Positions 35,912 through 46,719 of a DNA stretch of 64,000 nucleotides are shown here, one piece after another. The stretch spans positions 70,147-134,146 of the forward strand of contig DASXVU010000045.1 of the NCBI GenBank assembly GCA_036504055.1. Direction: 5' to 3'. Each line of letters starts with the position of its first letter. Position 1 is the first letter of the stretch. This DNA is from Methanomassiliicoccales archaeon. Its GTDB lineage: Archaea; Thermoplasmatota; Thermoplasmata; Methanomassiliicoccales; UBA472. Made by a program: the position numbers and the translations under genes. Under the pieces are notes generated by a model that was not told where the DNA came from, searched no databases, and saw nothing but the letters and a program-made list of their open reading frames with translations.

Positions 35912-36643
35912 ATGAAGGCCGCGGTTTTCGACCTGGGTCACACGCTCATCGATTACTATAGCAACTGGGAGGCACCCGAGCTCAAAGCCATCGAGAGGTC
36001 CTACCGGCTCGCCGCAGAGAATGGGTGCGAGGCCGGGCCGGACAAGTTCCAGTCAGACCTGAAGAAGATGTTGGTGGATGGACGGGTCCGCAAGGAGAAG
36101 GAATTGGTCGAGATCCCCCTGTATCAGGTCCTGGACACGGTCTACCAACGACACGGCTGTGATGTCACGGACGAGATGTTGGTCGAAGGGATGGACATAT
36201 TCTATGGGGTCCTGGTCGAGGACAGGAGGCTGGTGCCGGGGACGATCGAGATGCTGGAACTGGCCCGGGACAGGGGTTACGCCATTGGACTGGTGTCGGA
36301 CGTGGCCTGGGGCCTGCCATCCGATTACCCTCAGAGGGACATGGGGCATTTCCATCTCACGGACCATTTTGACGATATGGTCTTCTCCACGGACGTGGGC
36401 CTGAGGAAACCGCACCCTAAGATGTTCAAGATCGCCTTGTCAAACCTCGGGGCTGACGCCGACCGGTCGATCTTCGTAGGCAATTCCCTTCAATGTGATG
36501 TGAAGGGCGCTTTAGGGGTCGGAATGAAAGCGGTCCTTAAGAAATCGGACTATTATCAGCCCGATGATAGCATAGTTCCAGACGCCAAGGTCGATCAGTG
36601 GTCGGAACTCACGGCGATCCTGGAAGAGAACGATGCTGCGTGA
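35912..36643 (+). CDS. HAD-superfamily hydrolase (subfamily IA)
   Basis: VFDLGHTL, RKPHP, FVGNSLQCDV. Confidence 0.88.
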   Translation: MKAAVFDLGHTLIDYYSNWEAPELKAIERSYRLAAENGCEAGPDKFQSDLKKMLVDGRVRKEKELVEIPLYQVLDTVYQRHGCDVTDEMLVEGMDIFYGVLVEDRRLVPGTIEMLELARDRGYAIGLVSDVAWGLPSDYPQRDMGHFHLTDHFDDMVFSTDVGLRKPHPKMFKIALSNLGADADRSIFVGNSLQCDVKGALGVGMKAVLKKSDYYQPDDSIVPDAKVDQWSELTAILEENDAA

Positions 36644-37591
36644 TCACTCCCACTCGATCGTGGCCGGGGGTTTGTTGGTTATATCGTAGACCACCCGGTT
36701 CACTTCAGCCTTCATCTCATTGGTGATGCGCGTCGATATCTTCTCCAGGACCTCGTGCGGTATGCGCGAATAAGCGGCGGACATGCCATCGATCGACTCC
36801 ACTGCCCTTACCGCGATAGTGCGGCCGTAGGCACGTCTGTCCCCGTGGACCCCGACCGACTGGACCGGCAGGAGAACGGCAAAGTATTGCCAGGGCAGGC
36901 TCATGATCTTCTTCGCGGCGGCCATCTCCAGCTCCTCCTCGACGATGGCGCAGGCCTCCCGCACCACTTCCACGTTCTCGCGGGTCGGCTCACCGATGAC
37001 CCTGATGGCCAAGGCCGGGCCGGGGAAGGGCTGGCGTTCTGAGACCTCGATCTGCAAATATCTTGCCAGCTTTCTGACCTCGTCCTTGTAGAGGTCGCGA
37101 AGGGGCTCCACCAGCGTCAGCTCCATGTCGTCTGGCAATCCTCCAACGTTGTGGTGGCTCTTGATGGTGTCGCGGAGATGGTCCCCCGACTCGATCCAAT
37201 CAGGGGCAATGGTTCCCTGGACCAGATAGTCGGCCTTGTACGCTTTGGCCTCACGCTCGAAGACCCTGATGAACTTCTCCCCGATGATCTTCCTCTTCCT
37301 TTCCGGTTCAGTTATTCCCTTGAGGGCATCGAAGAACTCGTCCGAGGCATCGATGAGGCGATAGTTGATATTCAGCCTGGAGAACATCCTGTCGACCGCC
37401 TCGGTCTCTCCCTTTCTCATGAAGCCGTTGTTGACATAGACGGTCAGGAGCCGGTCCCCGATGGCCCTGGACACCAATACCGCAGCGGCAGTGCTGTCGA
37501 CCCCGCCGGAGCAGGCGATGATGGCCTTTCCCTTGATCGATGTCTTCAGCTCTTCGATCTTCTCATCCGTGAATTCCTTGGGGTCGAACAT
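36644..37591 (-). CDS. guaAB: GMP synthase ATPPase subunit B
   Basis: SGGVDS, IKSHHNVGGLP, PFPGPALAIR, KPPATIEWE. Confidence 0.95.
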   Translation of the reverse strand: MFDPKEFTDEKIEELKTSIKGKAIIACSGGVDSTAAAVLVSRAIGDRLLTVYVNNGFMRKGETEAVDRMFSRLNINYRLIDASDEFFDALKGITEPERKRKIIGEKFIRVFEREAKAYKADYLVQGTIAPDWIESGDHLRDTIKSHHNVGGLPDDMELTLVEPLRDLYKDEVRKLARYLQIEVSERQPFPGPALAIRVIGEPTRENVEVVREACAIVEEELEMAAAKKIMSLPWQYFAVLLPVQSVGVHGDRRAYGRTIAVRAVESIDGMSAAYSRIPHEVLEKISTRITNEMKAEVNRVVYDITNKPPATIEWE

Positions 37592-38058
37592 CAGGCCTGC
37601 ACCTCTTTGGAGTCCGTCTCGATCTTGTCCGCCATCTCTTTCCGGTATTTCTCCAGTTCTGTGGCAAGACGAGGATCGGAGATCGCCAGCATCTCGACCG
37701 CCAGTATGGCTGCGTTCTCGCCCCTGTCCAGGCCGACGGCGGCGACAGGGATCCCCGGAGGCATCTGGACGATCGACAGAATGGAATCGAGGTTGACCGC
37801 CCCGCTCACCGGGACACCGATGACCGGCTTGGTGGTGTAAGAAGCGACCGCTCCAGGCAGCGCCGCCGCAAGCCCGGCCACGGTGATGAATATCTTCGCA
37901 TCGCTCTCACGCACCATGTTCCAGAGGCGTTCAGGGGTTCGGTGGGCAGAGGCCACTACGATCTCGGACCCGACTCCGAACTTTTGCAGCAGGGCGAGCG
38001 CTTTCTTGCCGATCTCTAGGTCGCTCTTGCTTCCAAGGATGATGAGGACAACGGGCAT
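37591..38058 (-). CDS. purE: N5-CAIR mutase / AIR carboxylase PurE
   Basis: LGSKSD, SAHRTP, AGLAAALPG, QMPPGIPVA. Confidence 0.95.
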   Translation of the reverse strand: MPVVLIILGSKSDLEIGKKALALLQKFGVGSEIVVASAHRTPERLWNMVRESDAKIFITVAGLAAALPGAVASYTTKPVIGVPVSGAVNLDSILSIVQMPPGIPVAAVGLDRGENAAILAVEMLAISDPRLATELEKYRKEMADKIETDSKEVQA

Positions 38059-38130
38059 TGGATGGACTGACCCATTTCTTGTTTTAAAAAGTATCGGTAC
38101 GACAGCGATCGGATATTGACCAACGATGGT

Positions 38131-38787
38131 CTAGATCAGCCTTTGCTGGCCTGGAACCACTTTGGGCTCTGGACGGCTCATTTCGGAAGGAGCGGGGGCT
38201 ATCGAAAGAGATCCGGAATAGGTCCTGAGTATCTCATCGACGAGGGTACCATCGAGCTCGCCGGGTGCGATCCACTCCGCCTCCATGTCATGCGCGACTA
38301 TCACTGGCATTCGATCATGAAGGTCAGCCATGGCCTTGGCTGCGGCAGTCGTCACAATGGTGAAGGTTGACAGAACACTGCCATCACCTCCCTGCCAAAC
38401 ATCATAGAGCCCGGCCATGGCGAAGTAGTCCTGATTCCGGACCTTGATCACGTAGGGCACCCTTCCATCCTCCTTTTTCCACTCGTAGAAGCCTGAAGCG
38501 GGAATGAGACAACGTTTTCTTTTCAACAGGATACGGAAGGACGGTTTCTCATCTAAGGTCTCCGATCGTGCGTTGAACATCTTGCTGCCGATCTTGACAT
38601 CCTTCGCCCAGCTCGGAACGAGGCCCCATTGCATCTCGACCACCCTTCTTCCCTCTAGGTCGAATATCACCGGCGCTGGCTGTCCTGGCGATATGTTGAG
38701 CCGGGAGGTGCGGGCGATCGAATCCTCAGGGAGCTCGAAACGCTCGAAGAACCTGGCCGTAATGGTCAGCGCGAACCTGCCACACAC
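38131..38787 (-). CDS. SOS response-associated peptidase (SRAP; HMCES/YedK family)
   Basis: N-terminal (M)CGRF, FNARSET, ASGFYEW, HDRMPV. Confidence 0.92.
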   Translation of the reverse strand: MCGRFALTITARFFERFELPEDSIARTSRLNISPGQPAPVIFDLEGRRVVEMQWGLVPSWAKDVKIGSKMFNARSETLDEKPSFRILLKRKRCLIPASGFYEWKKEDGRVPYVIKVRNQDYFAMAGLYDVWQGGDGSVLSTFTIVTTAAAKAMADLHDRMPVIVAHDMEAEWIAPGELDGTLVDEILRTYSGSLSIAPAPSEMSRPEPKVVPGQQRLI

Positions 38788-38893
38788 GCGTTACCATAGG
38801 AGCTGGCAGGGCATAAAGGATGTGGAAGGGTGGCCTGAACCGAGATAAAAAATGGAGAAAAGTTAAAGGTATTTTGGGAAAGGGTTTTCGTGA

Positions 38894-39208
38894 TTAGCTC
38901 TTCATGATCGCGAGCAGGAAGACCCCGACCGCGATGAGCGCCCCGATTACCGCCGCGATTATGTTGACAAAGGCGGTCCAGATCACATTGCTTATGCCAA
39001 TCGCTTTGCCGTCAACGGTGAACAAGAGCGGTCCACCATACATGGTCGCGTAGATCCAAAAGATGGCGACTACCAGCCCAACGACCAGCAGAACGACACC
39101 GATGATCCTGCTCTTGCCGCTTCCGAAGTAGGCTGTGAAGGCACCCGCTAGCACCATGAACAGGCCGAAAGTCAGCAGAAGTACTGTCAGGAATTCCATT
39201 AAATTCAT
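38894..39208 (-). CDS. Small 3-TM membrane protein of unknown function
   Basis: Hydrophobic ORF with FTAYFGSGKSR loop; SD GGGTGAG. Confidence 0.75.
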   Translation of the reverse strand: MNLMEFLTVLLLTFGLFMVLAGAFTAYFGSGKSRIIGVVLLVVGLVVAIFWIYATMYGGPLLFTVDGKAIGISNVIWTAFVNIIAAVIGALIAVGVFLLAIMKS

Positions 39209-39408
39209 CTTTTCTCACCCTTCTCATTTCATGTCTGAGATATCGGTGTCGACGACTGCTTGGGAGGCCTCGCTTAGCGATGTCCAGCCCAATGCCATAC
39301 ATTCACCTTGGCGGCCCTTTACGGTTTCCGTGTTATTAAACATTTCCCCGTTCGAACGTAACCAGACAATTATCCCAGCCAAGCCAGAGTTGCAATGATC
39401 GTACTGTG

Positions 39409-40341
39409 TCATAGGACGGACCTTGCCCGTTCCAATACCTCTGGCCATTCAGGGATGTTGGTGAGCGATCCGCTAGCCTCGATCACGAAGGAGGCGGCGG
39501 CGGCTCCGAAACGTGCGCTGTCCTTGATCGAATAATTCCGGTAAAGCCCCGCAAAATAGCCGGCCCTGAACGCATCCCCTGCCCCAGTGGTATCGATGAC
39601 CTTTGTCGGTTTGACGGCTGGAATCTCCAATTCACCTTCCTCCGTATAGATGCGGCTTCCCTTGGAGCCGATCGTGTTGAACAGAACGTCCACATGATCC
39701 AAGAGGTCCTCCGGACGCTTGGCCTCCAGGTACCTCATGGCGGTCTTGAGCTCGTTCTCGTTGCAGAAGAACATGTCGCACATGCCTATGGCCTGCCTGA
39801 AGGCCTCCTCGGTCCAGATGTGATGGATCTCCTGGGCTGGATCGAAAGAGATGTTCTTCCCAAGTCTGACGCACTCCTTCATCAGGCGCAGGTAATATTC
39901 CGGACGGCCGGTCATGATGTGGATGAACTGAGCCTCGTTTGCCGCGTTCATCCTGAGCTCGAACTCCTCCATCCTTCGCATCGGTCCCTGGTAGACGTAC
40001 GCGATCTGGTCATGGGCCCTATCCGACACTATCCATACGGTCGGGGTCTCGTATCCGTCCACCTCCACCAGGTCCCGTAGATCCACCCCTTTGGCGATCA
40101 TGAGCTCCCTGAACTCTGTTGGCATGTCCTTGCCAACATACGACGCGAGGGCTGTGGGCACTCCCAGCGAGGCGGCAACCGTCGCCACGTTCGCCCCTGT
40201 CCCTCCAAAGTATCTCTGCTTCTCCACGACATCGACGGACGTGTTCTTTTCCGGGAACCGTTCCAGCGACATGATGAAGTCCAGGTTCGTATGGCCGAAT
40301 ACACAGAGGAACGGGATCAAGGTCAGGTCCCTTCCTGCCAT
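39409..40341 (-). CDS. PfkB family carbohydrate/nucleoside kinase
   Basis: GGTGANVA, DTTGAGDAFRAG. Confidence 0.92.
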   Translation of the reverse strand: MAGRDLTLIPFLCVFGHTNLDFIMSLERFPEKNTSVDVVEKQRYFGGTGANVATVAASLGVPTALASYVGKDMPTEFRELMIAKGVDLRDLVEVDGYETPTVWIVSDRAHDQIAYVYQGPMRRMEEFELRMNAANEAQFIHIMTGRPEYYLRLMKECVRLGKNISFDPAQEIHHIWTEEAFRQAIGMCDMFFCNENELKTAMRYLEAKRPEDLLDHVDVLFNTIGSKGSRIYTEEGELEIPAVKPTKVIDTTGAGDAFRAGYFAGLYRNYSIKDSARFGAAAASFVIEASGSLTNIPEWPEVLERARSVL

Positions 40342-41567
40342 GCCTCTAGATATTTCTTCTGGGTCGGGGTAAGCTTATCGATCCCCACGCCCATCGTGCG
40401 TAGTTTGATCGTAGCGACCTCCTCGTCCATCTCCGGAGGGACATTGTAGACCTCTGCCTTGAGATTCATATGGTTCTTGACCAGGTGCTCCAGGGAGAGC
40501 GCCTGTATGGAGAAGCTCATGTCCATAATCTCAGCTGGATGGCCCTGACCCGCGGCCAGGTTCATCAACCTTCCTTCGGCGATCAGGTAGACCTTGCGGC
40601 TTCTCGGCAGGTCGTACTGGTCCACGTACTCACGGACCCGGACCGGCTTGGAGCCGTATGATTCCAGCGCCGGTTTAGAGACTTCGTTGTCGAAGTGACC
40701 GGTATTGCCGAGCACACACCCGTCCTTGATGACCTCCAGATGCTCCTTGGTGATGATGTCCTTGCATCCCGTGACGGTTATGATGATGTCAGCCAGCTTG
40801 ACCGCCTCCAGCATCGGCATGACACTGAACCCGTCCATCTTAGCCTCGATGGCTCTGATCGGGTTCACCTCGGTGACGACGACGTTGGCGCCCAGTCCTT
40901 TGGCCCTCATGGCGACCCCTTTCCCGCACCAGCCGTAACCGGCCACGACCAGGTTCTTTCCCGCTACCAACAGGTTCGTGGCATTCATCCAACCATCGAA
41001 GGTGGACTGACCGGTCCCATACCGGTTATCGAACAGGTACTTCATCTGGGCATCGTTCACGGAAATGACCGGGAACTTCAGCCTTCCCTCTTTGGCCATG
41101 GCCCTCAGCCGTATGACCCCGGTCGTGGTTTCCTCGTTCGCCCCCTTGATGTGGGGCAATTGTTTCTGGCGCTCGGTATGAAGCATCGTGATGAGGTCTG
41201 CCCCATCGTCGATGACGAAGTCGGGGTCCAGGTCCAGCACGGCGTTCAGATTGTGATAGTATTCCTCGGTCGATTCCCATTTCTTGGCATAGGTCTCGAT
41301 GCCGTATTCCTCCCGCAGAGCTAGAGATACTGAATCGTCGGTGGAAAGGGGATTGCAGCTGGCCAGCCTGACCTTGGCTCCGGCCTTGGCAAGGGAGACG
41401 GCGAGCATCCCGGTCTTGGCCTCGACGTGCAACGCCATGCCGACCTTGACGCCCTTAAGCGACTGTTCCTTGACCAGCCTCTCCCTTATCTCCTTTAGAA
41501 CTGGCATATGGGAGTTGGCCCATTCCAGCCTTCTCACTCCCTTCATCAGCAGATCGTTATCTGTCAT
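40323..41567 (-). CDS. ahcY: S-adenosylhomocysteine hydrolase
   Basis: SCNPLST, EETTTG, FDNRYGTGQS, GYGWCGKG, GHPAEIMD. Confidence 0.96.
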   Translation of the reverse strand: MTDNDLLMKGVRRLEWANSHMPVLKEIRERLVKEQSLKGVKVGMALHVEAKTGMLAVSLAKAGAKVRLASCNPLSTDDSVSLALREEYGIETYAKKWESTEEYYHNLNAVLDLDPDFVIDDGADLITMLHTERQKQLPHIKGANEETTTGVIRLRAMAKEGRLKFPVISVNDAQMKYLFDNRYGTGQSTFDGWMNATNLLVAGKNLVVAGYGWCGKGVAMRAKGLGANVVVTEVNPIRAIEAKMDGFSVMPMLEAVKLADIIITVTGCKDIITKEHLEVIKDGCVLGNTGHFDNEVSKPALESYGSKPVRVREYVDQYDLPRSRKVYLIAEGRLMNLAAGQGHPAEIMDMSFSIQALSLEHLVKNHMNLKAEVYNVPPEMDEEVATIKLRTMGVGIDKLTPTQKKYLEAWQEGT

Positions 41568-41600
41568 AGAACCACTAGGCCTACATGCACCAGAGGGAAA

Positions 41601-42356
41601 TTATGTTTTGGATGACAGTTCGAACTTAAGGTGGTCGGATATGCCCTTCAGGATGTGACCCAAATTGCGGCGGTTGTTGAACCCCATGATCAGATCGCAT
41701 CTTCTTCCTGCATCGCCGGTCAGTTCCCCGACATGGGCGATGAGGTTCGGCACTGCCCTGGTCAGTTCGTCGGTGATGCTGACATCGGCCGCCATCGAGG
41801 TCCGGGACACTGGGTTCAGGTCGATGGCGATGACCTTCTTGCCCGCCTTAACGAGCGCTTCCGCACGATCGCCATCCTCTAAAGGAATGAGCACCACGTC
41901 GGCCATCCCTATGCCCTCAGTGGCACTAAGTGCCCGATCAGATGCTATCCCTTCCAATGTAAAGTCCTGGACCCTGCCGAGCACATCCTTGGCCCCTAAT
42001 GATTCCAGATATCCACAGACGAGCTCGATCCTTTCCACCGAACGATGGAAAAGATTGACCTCGAGCCGTGCGTTGATAGCCTCGGAAAGTTGTATGAGCT
42101 CCTTCCCGGCAAGTGCAGCGGCGTTCCCGTTGACAGTAATGACGGGGCGTTTTGCTTCCATGAGCATCGCTGCCGCCACACGTTCAGCCATTTCAGCTGG
42201 GGGTAGAGTGATTTCTCCTAGAAGGTAATCGAACGCCTCGCCTCGGCCATGTGCGATCAGCCCTGTCGGCGCTACGATGCCCTTCCTCATCATCTCTGAC
42301 ATCGTCTCTCTGGTGACTAATGATTTGTAGCGGGGGTGATCCCTTGAGATTTCCAC
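41601..42356 (-). CDS. Archaeal phosphopantothenate synthetase (4-phosphopantoate--beta-alanine ligase)
   Basis: HPRYKSL, AHGRGEAFDYLLGE, PLEDGDR, IDLNP.SRT. Confidence 0.92.
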   Translation of the reverse strand: MEISRDHPRYKSLVTRETMSEMMRKGIVAPTGLIAHGRGEAFDYLLGEITLPPAEMAERVAAAMLMEAKRPVITVNGNAAALAGKELIQLSEAINARLEVNLFHRSVERIELVCGYLESLGAKDVLGRVQDFTLEGIASDRALSATEGIGMADVVLIPLEDGDRAEALVKAGKKVIAIDLNPVSRTSMAADVSITDELTRAVPNLIAHVGELTGDAGRRCDLIMGFNNRRNLGHILKGISDHLKFELSSKT

Positions 42357-42583
42357 AGTGACATTAGGAGAATCGCAGGTTTTAAATGCTTCCTGGGGTT
42401 TTTATGACCGGTATGCCCTTTGGCCATCGCGTATATGGCTAGCGTTATCAAAAAACCGAACCCTGTACAAAAAGAATAAAAGGCCAAAACGAAAACGTAA
42501 TAAAGGTTTGCACAATTCTTATATAGTAAATGTTTACTTCTAGTAGCAACACCGGAAAAGAATCGGGTGTGAATTGGTGAACC

Positions 42584-42853
42584 ATGCAGTTTCTTGGAAA
42601 AGTCCAAGAAGTGACTTTTGACGGCAGGATAATTGTCAAAGGCTCCTTTGCGCCGCAGATAAGGTCCAGAGTAGTCGACAACCGCAACAAGATTGTGGGG
42701 AAGGTCCTGCGTATCTTTGGTCCGGTTGATTCACCATATGTCACTGTTGAACCCACCGGTGATTTTAGCCTGCTCTCTGCCATAGGTAAGCAGGTGTACG
42801 TGGAAGGGGTAGAAGAACATGGCAAAACCAAAGGAAGGGACCGAAGAAGTTGA
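42584..42853 (+). CDS. gar1: H/ACA RNP subunit Gar1/Naf1
   Basis: [16 protein letters not shown]; conserved gar1-tfb pairing. Confidence 0.85.
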   Translation: MQFLGKVQEVTFDGRIIVKGSFAPQIRSRVVDNRNKIVGKVLRIFGPVDSPYVTVEPTGDFSLLSAIGKQVYVEGVEEHGKTKGRDRRS

Positions 42854-43751
42854 AAGATGCCCCGAATGCAATAGCGGGCATCTAGTCAGGGACTATGAGA
42901 GGGGTGAGCTCATCTGCGAGGAGTGCGGCCTCGTTATTGATGACCAGTTCATTGACCTCGGACCGGAATGGCGGGCCTTTGACGTAGAGCAAGGCGAAAA
43001 GCGGGCCAGGACCGGCGCGCCAATGACCTACACCATCCACGACAAGGGTCTTTCTACCGAAATCTCCTGGAAGAACAAGGACAGTTACGGCAAAAGCATC
43101 CCGACCAGGAACCGTGCCCAGCTGTACCGTCTCAGGAAATGGCAGCGGAGGATCCGTGTCTCTAACGCAACAGAAAGGAACCTCGCATTTGCCTTGAGCG
43201 AATTGGACCGTATGGCTTCTGCCATGGGTCTGCCGCGAAACGTCCGGGAGACCGCGGCCATGGTGTATAGGAAAGCGGTCAACAAGAACCTCATCCGCGG
43301 AAGGAGCATTGAGGGAGTTGTCGCCGCTTCATTATATGCGGCATGCAGACAATGCAACGTACCCCGTACCCTGGATGAGGTGGCGAACTCGTCACGCGTT
43401 GGACGCAAGGAGATCGGTCGTACGTACCGTTTCATGACCCGCGAGCTGAAGCTCAAACTGATGCCGACGCGCCCGCAGGACTATGTGCAAAGGTTCTGCT
43501 CGGAGCTAAAGCTCTCAGGTGAGGTCCAGTCCAAGGCAGCAGACATACTGAAGGACGCTGCAAAGAAGGAACTCACATCGGGCCGCGGACCGACCGGGGT
43601 CGCTGCGGCTGCCATCTACATAGCTTCGATCCTGTGCAACGAACGCAGGACCCAGCGCGAAGTGGCTGACATCGCAGGCGTAACTGAGGTCACTATCCGT
43701 AACCGGTACAAGGAGCTCACGGACAAGCTCGGAATCGAGATACAGCTCTAA
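42819..43751 (+). CDS. tfb: Transcription initiation factor IIB
   Basis: CPEC..CEECG zinc ribbon, GPEWRAF, two cyclin repeats. Confidence 0.97.
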   Translation: MAKPKEGTEEVERCPECNSGHLVRDYERGELICEECGLVIDDQFIDLGPEWRAFDVEQGEKRARTGAPMTYTIHDKGLSTEISWKNKDSYGKSIPTRNRAQLYRLRKWQRRIRVSNATERNLAFALSELDRMASAMGLPRNVRETAAMVYRKAVNKNLIRGRSIEGVVAASLYAACRQCNVPRTLDEVANSSRVGRKEIGRTYRFMTRELKLKLMPTRPQDYVQRFCSELKLSGEVQSKAADILKDAAKKELTSGRGPTGVAAAAIYIASILCNERRTQREVADIAGVTEVTIRNRYKELTDKLGIEIQL

Positions 43752-43851
43752 AATCCCACTGGCCCGTCTTTTTAGGGCCTATTCATTCAAAAAACGCTAG
43801 ATATTTAACGCTGGCGCGCAATTGGATTATATTCTCTGCGGTGTGAACTTC

Positions 43852-44856
43852 ATGGAACGCAAGAACATGCTCCTGAAACCGATGGCTGTCTGGCTGGTCT
43901 TCGCAGGCATCCTTACCATAGTCACGATATTCTACGCCATCTTTGCTGTCAAGACCATCGGCGTCATCGTCGGCGTCCTGCTGATGCTCCTTTTGATCCT
44001 GATCGCCGCATGGGAACTTACTGTCGTGCGTTCGGTTTGGGGAAGCCAGGTCGGTGAACGGGAGAACATCATCCGCGCCATGACGGCCTCCTTCCTGGCT
44101 CGGATCCTTATCATATATCTGATACTGGATGTGAACGCGTTCGGTCAGATCGGCAATTTCGGCAGCCTCGGATCTGTGCAGCAGGCCGGGATCCTGTTCG
44201 TGTTCCTGTCCCTGATCTCCGCCGCGGTGGAGATAACAGTCCTTTTCATCGCAGTGAGGAGGAAAGAATACTTTCAGCCCTCGAAGGAAGAGCTGGAGAA
44301 CGCTCTGCGGAAGATGGGCGGTGCCGGAATCAAGTCCGTTTCCGAGTGTCCCAAGTGCAAGGAACTAGTGGAGCTCGACTGGAGCCTATGCCCGAACTGT
44401 GGTGCGGCCCTTCCGAAATACTGTGCCAATTGCGGTAACGAGCTCACGGGGAACCAGGACACCTGCCCCAAATGCGGGGCAAACGTCGAGCCCCCCAAGT
44501 CCTTGAACGCCATGGTCCAAACGCTAAAGGCCAGTGCCGAATCCCCGGCGATGAAGGAGACCAGCTCGGCGAGATATGCCCGGCTGGCAGAGGCACAGTT
44601 GAAGAACGGTGACGTGGAAGGGGCAGTCGATTCCTATAGGAAGGCCATCCAATACACCGAGTTCAACCGGAAGAGAACAAATTTCATGGTCAAGATGGCG
44701 ATGGTGCTCTACAACACTGGAAAGAAAGAGGAGGCCATGAAGCTTCTGGAGGAGTCCCTGAGCATGGAACCGGAGGATTGGGCAGGGGCAAAGAAGGTCA
44801 TCGATAACATCAATGCAGAAGAGGCCAAGCCTAAGGGCGACGCCTGCACCGGCTGA
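43852..44856 (+). CDS. Membrane protein with double zinc ribbon and TPR repeats
   Basis: About 4 TM helices, four CxxC pairs, C-terminal TPR-like helices. Confidence 0.75.
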   Translation: MERKNMLLKPMAVWLVFAGILTIVTIFYAIFAVKTIGVIVGVLLMLLLILIAAWELTVVRSVWGSQVGERENIIRAMTASFLARILIIYLILDVNAFGQIGNFGSLGSVQQAGILFVFLSLISAAVEITVLFIAVRRKEYFQPSKEELENALRKMGGAGIKSVSECPKCKELVELDWSLCPNCGAALPKYCANCGNELTGNQDTCPKCGANVEPPKSLNAMVQTLKASAESPAMKETSSARYARLAEAQLKNGDVEGAVDSYRKAIQYTEFNRKRTNFMVKMAMVLYNTGKKEEAMKLLEESLSMEPEDWAGAKKVIDNINAEEAKPKGDACTG

Positions 44857-44865
44857 ACAAGACCT

Positions 44866-45921
44866 CTACGGTTTGACGCGCTTCAGTTTCATGTATCCGA
44901 TGGAGTCCTTGGACACGCAGGCGAACAGGATGTCCTTCTTGACGCCATGCGCCAGCCTGATGGCTCGCGAGATCTCCGCCCAAACGGTGGAATAATCGTC
45001 TGGCACGGCATGCACCAGATATTCAGAGTGATGGCTGGACGGATCGCCCTTATAGACCCGGAAGTGAGTTCCGTACTTGAAACCGGTCTTGACCACCAGC
45101 TTCCGGTTTCTCAGGTCCGAATAGGCGAGCAGCCTCATGTCGAAGTCGGGCTGGATCTCCTTCGCCCGTTTTAGGAACGTTCGTTCCGCCATCTTTCTTC
45201 CCGTCCCGACCGCCCGAAGAGATAAACGGCCATGTTCGATGAGATAGGCGGTCTCGATGAACGAGAGCTGCAACATCTTGCCGATCTTCTTTCCGTAGAA
45301 TCCATACTGGTAGAGCTTGGTGCCCAGGGATTCGTCCAGCACAAGGATGCTCCCTTCCATGAGGAGTCCCTCTGGCACCTCCTTCATGGCCTTGTCGTTC
45401 AGCTCTCCCTTTGGATCTGCGTTCTCGGCGGTGTAATAGGTGATGTCCCCCTCCTCGTCCACCACTGCGAGCAACAGGTCCTTCCTGGTGCGCTGCGACA
45501 TCTCAGCCTGACGCATCAGTTCGACTATGTTGAAGATGTCGCGTTCAGAAATCGCCAAGACCCAAAGGTTGGTCTGGGTAGTGCTTGGGGTGCCACCACG
45601 CGGATACAGTCTGAAATTGAAATCGCCCGAGTCGGTCTTGACGATGTATCCACGCTGCCTCAGGTCCCTGTAAACTATGAAACGGGTCTCCAGATCGTTG
45701 TGCAGGGCGGCCGCACAGGTCATCAGCCCGGCAAAATCGATCTTCTGGTCATCCACCAAGATCTCGATCCGGTCTCCTTCCAGCAGATGCAACGCCTCCA
45801 GCAGGTCCAGATGAAGCGATCCGCCGGACTGAGGATATCCAAAGAACCCTTTGCTGTATATCTGGCTGGCCTCCCTTTCTTCCTCAACGACCACGGTGTC
45901 TCCGACCAGTTTGCCAGACAT
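44866..45921 (-). CDS. endA: tRNA-splicing endonuclease (alpha2 type)
   Basis: Two endonuclease repeats; VVKTGFKYGTHFRVY, RLAHGVKK. Confidence 0.93.
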   Translation of the reverse strand: MSGKLVGDTVVVEEEREASQIYSKGFFGYPQSGGSLHLDLLEALHLLEGDRIEILVDDQKIDFAGLMTCAAALHNDLETRFIVYRDLRQRGYIVKTDSGDFNFRLYPRGGTPSTTQTNLWVLAISERDIFNIVELMRQAEMSQRTRKDLLLAVVDEEGDITYYTAENADPKGELNDKAMKEVPEGLLMEGSILVLDESLGTKLYQYGFYGKKIGKMLQLSFIETAYLIEHGRLSLRAVGTGRKMAERTFLKRAKEIQPDFDMRLLAYSDLRNRKLVVKTGFKYGTHFRVYKGDPSSHHSEYLVHAVPDDYSTVWAEISRAIRLAHGVKKDILFACVSKDSIGYMKLKRVKP

Positions 45922-46028
45922 TGAAGCTTGAAGACCGAGGGCGTAGTTAAAGTTTGACCCGGATAAGCAAACCGGGAAGTAGGGAGGTCCAAAGAAGGTT
46001 ATTTATCCTCAATAAATACTCTATTACT

Positions 46029-46052
46029 ATGTTAACAACAATTAGTTAACAT
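46029..46052. promoter_or_regulatory. Palindromic operator upstream of the heat-shock regulator
   Basis: ATGTTAAC-N8-GTTAACAT, containing AAC-N5-GTT at 46037-46047, just downstream of an AATAAATA box. Confidence 0.55.
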
Positions 46053-46059
46053 CTAGGAA

Positions 46060-46719
46060 GTGAAAATAATGGATGAATTGGACGTTCTGCTCTCAGTGAT
46101 CGAGAATCCCACCCGCAGACGGATTCTGGAAGCTTTGGTAAGAGAGCCCCATTACCCCCTGCAGCTCTCCCGCGAGCTCGGCATGAGCCAGCAGATCATC
46201 ATGAAGCATCTGAAGGTATTGGAGGAATGCAGAATGGTGCGTTCGTATCCAGAGGAGAGCGATCAGGGCGGACCGATGCGGAAGCGATACGTCCCGATCA
46301 GCGGTTTCTCCATCATCGTGGACGTCGGTTCGGGCATGTTCAGCGTGGAGTCGATGCGCCGGGAGATGGATGATGAGCCCGAGCATCATCATGAGAAGAC
46401 CCGGGGTGAGCAGGGAAACAATGAGCTCACCGAAAGGGTTATGGCACTCCGGCAAGAGTTAAGTATTTTGGATGGTCGGATGGACGAGCTCCGTAAGAAG
46501 AGAGAGGAGCTGATCGACCAAAAACAAAGGCTGCTGGACGAGGCCGTTCATTTGGTCGAGTCCGCTACCTTGGACTATGGCCAAAGACATGTGGTCTTTG
46601 AATATATCCAGCATCCGGACATCGATCCGGACCAACTGGCCGACTATCTAGGGCTGAGGAATGATGTGGTCCGGGAGATACTCGGACCATACCAAAGAGG
46701 AGATGAACAAGATGGCTGA
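46060..46719 (+). CDS. ArsR-type wHTH plus coiled-coil regulator, Phr/HSR1-like
   Basis: IENPTRRRILEAL..EPHYPLQLSRELG..QQ.IMKHLKVLEE; located upstream of cdc48-hsp20. Confidence 0.75.
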   Translation: MKIMDELDVLLSVIENPTRRRILEALVREPHYPLQLSRELGMSQQIIMKHLKVLEECRMVRSYPEESDQGGPMRKRYVPISGFSIIVDVGSGMFSVESMRREMDDEPEHHHEKTRGEQGNNELTERVMALRQELSILDGRMDELRKKREELIDQKQRLLDEAVHLVESATLDYGQRHVVFEYIQHPDIDPDQLADYLGLRNDVVREILGPYQRGDEQDG

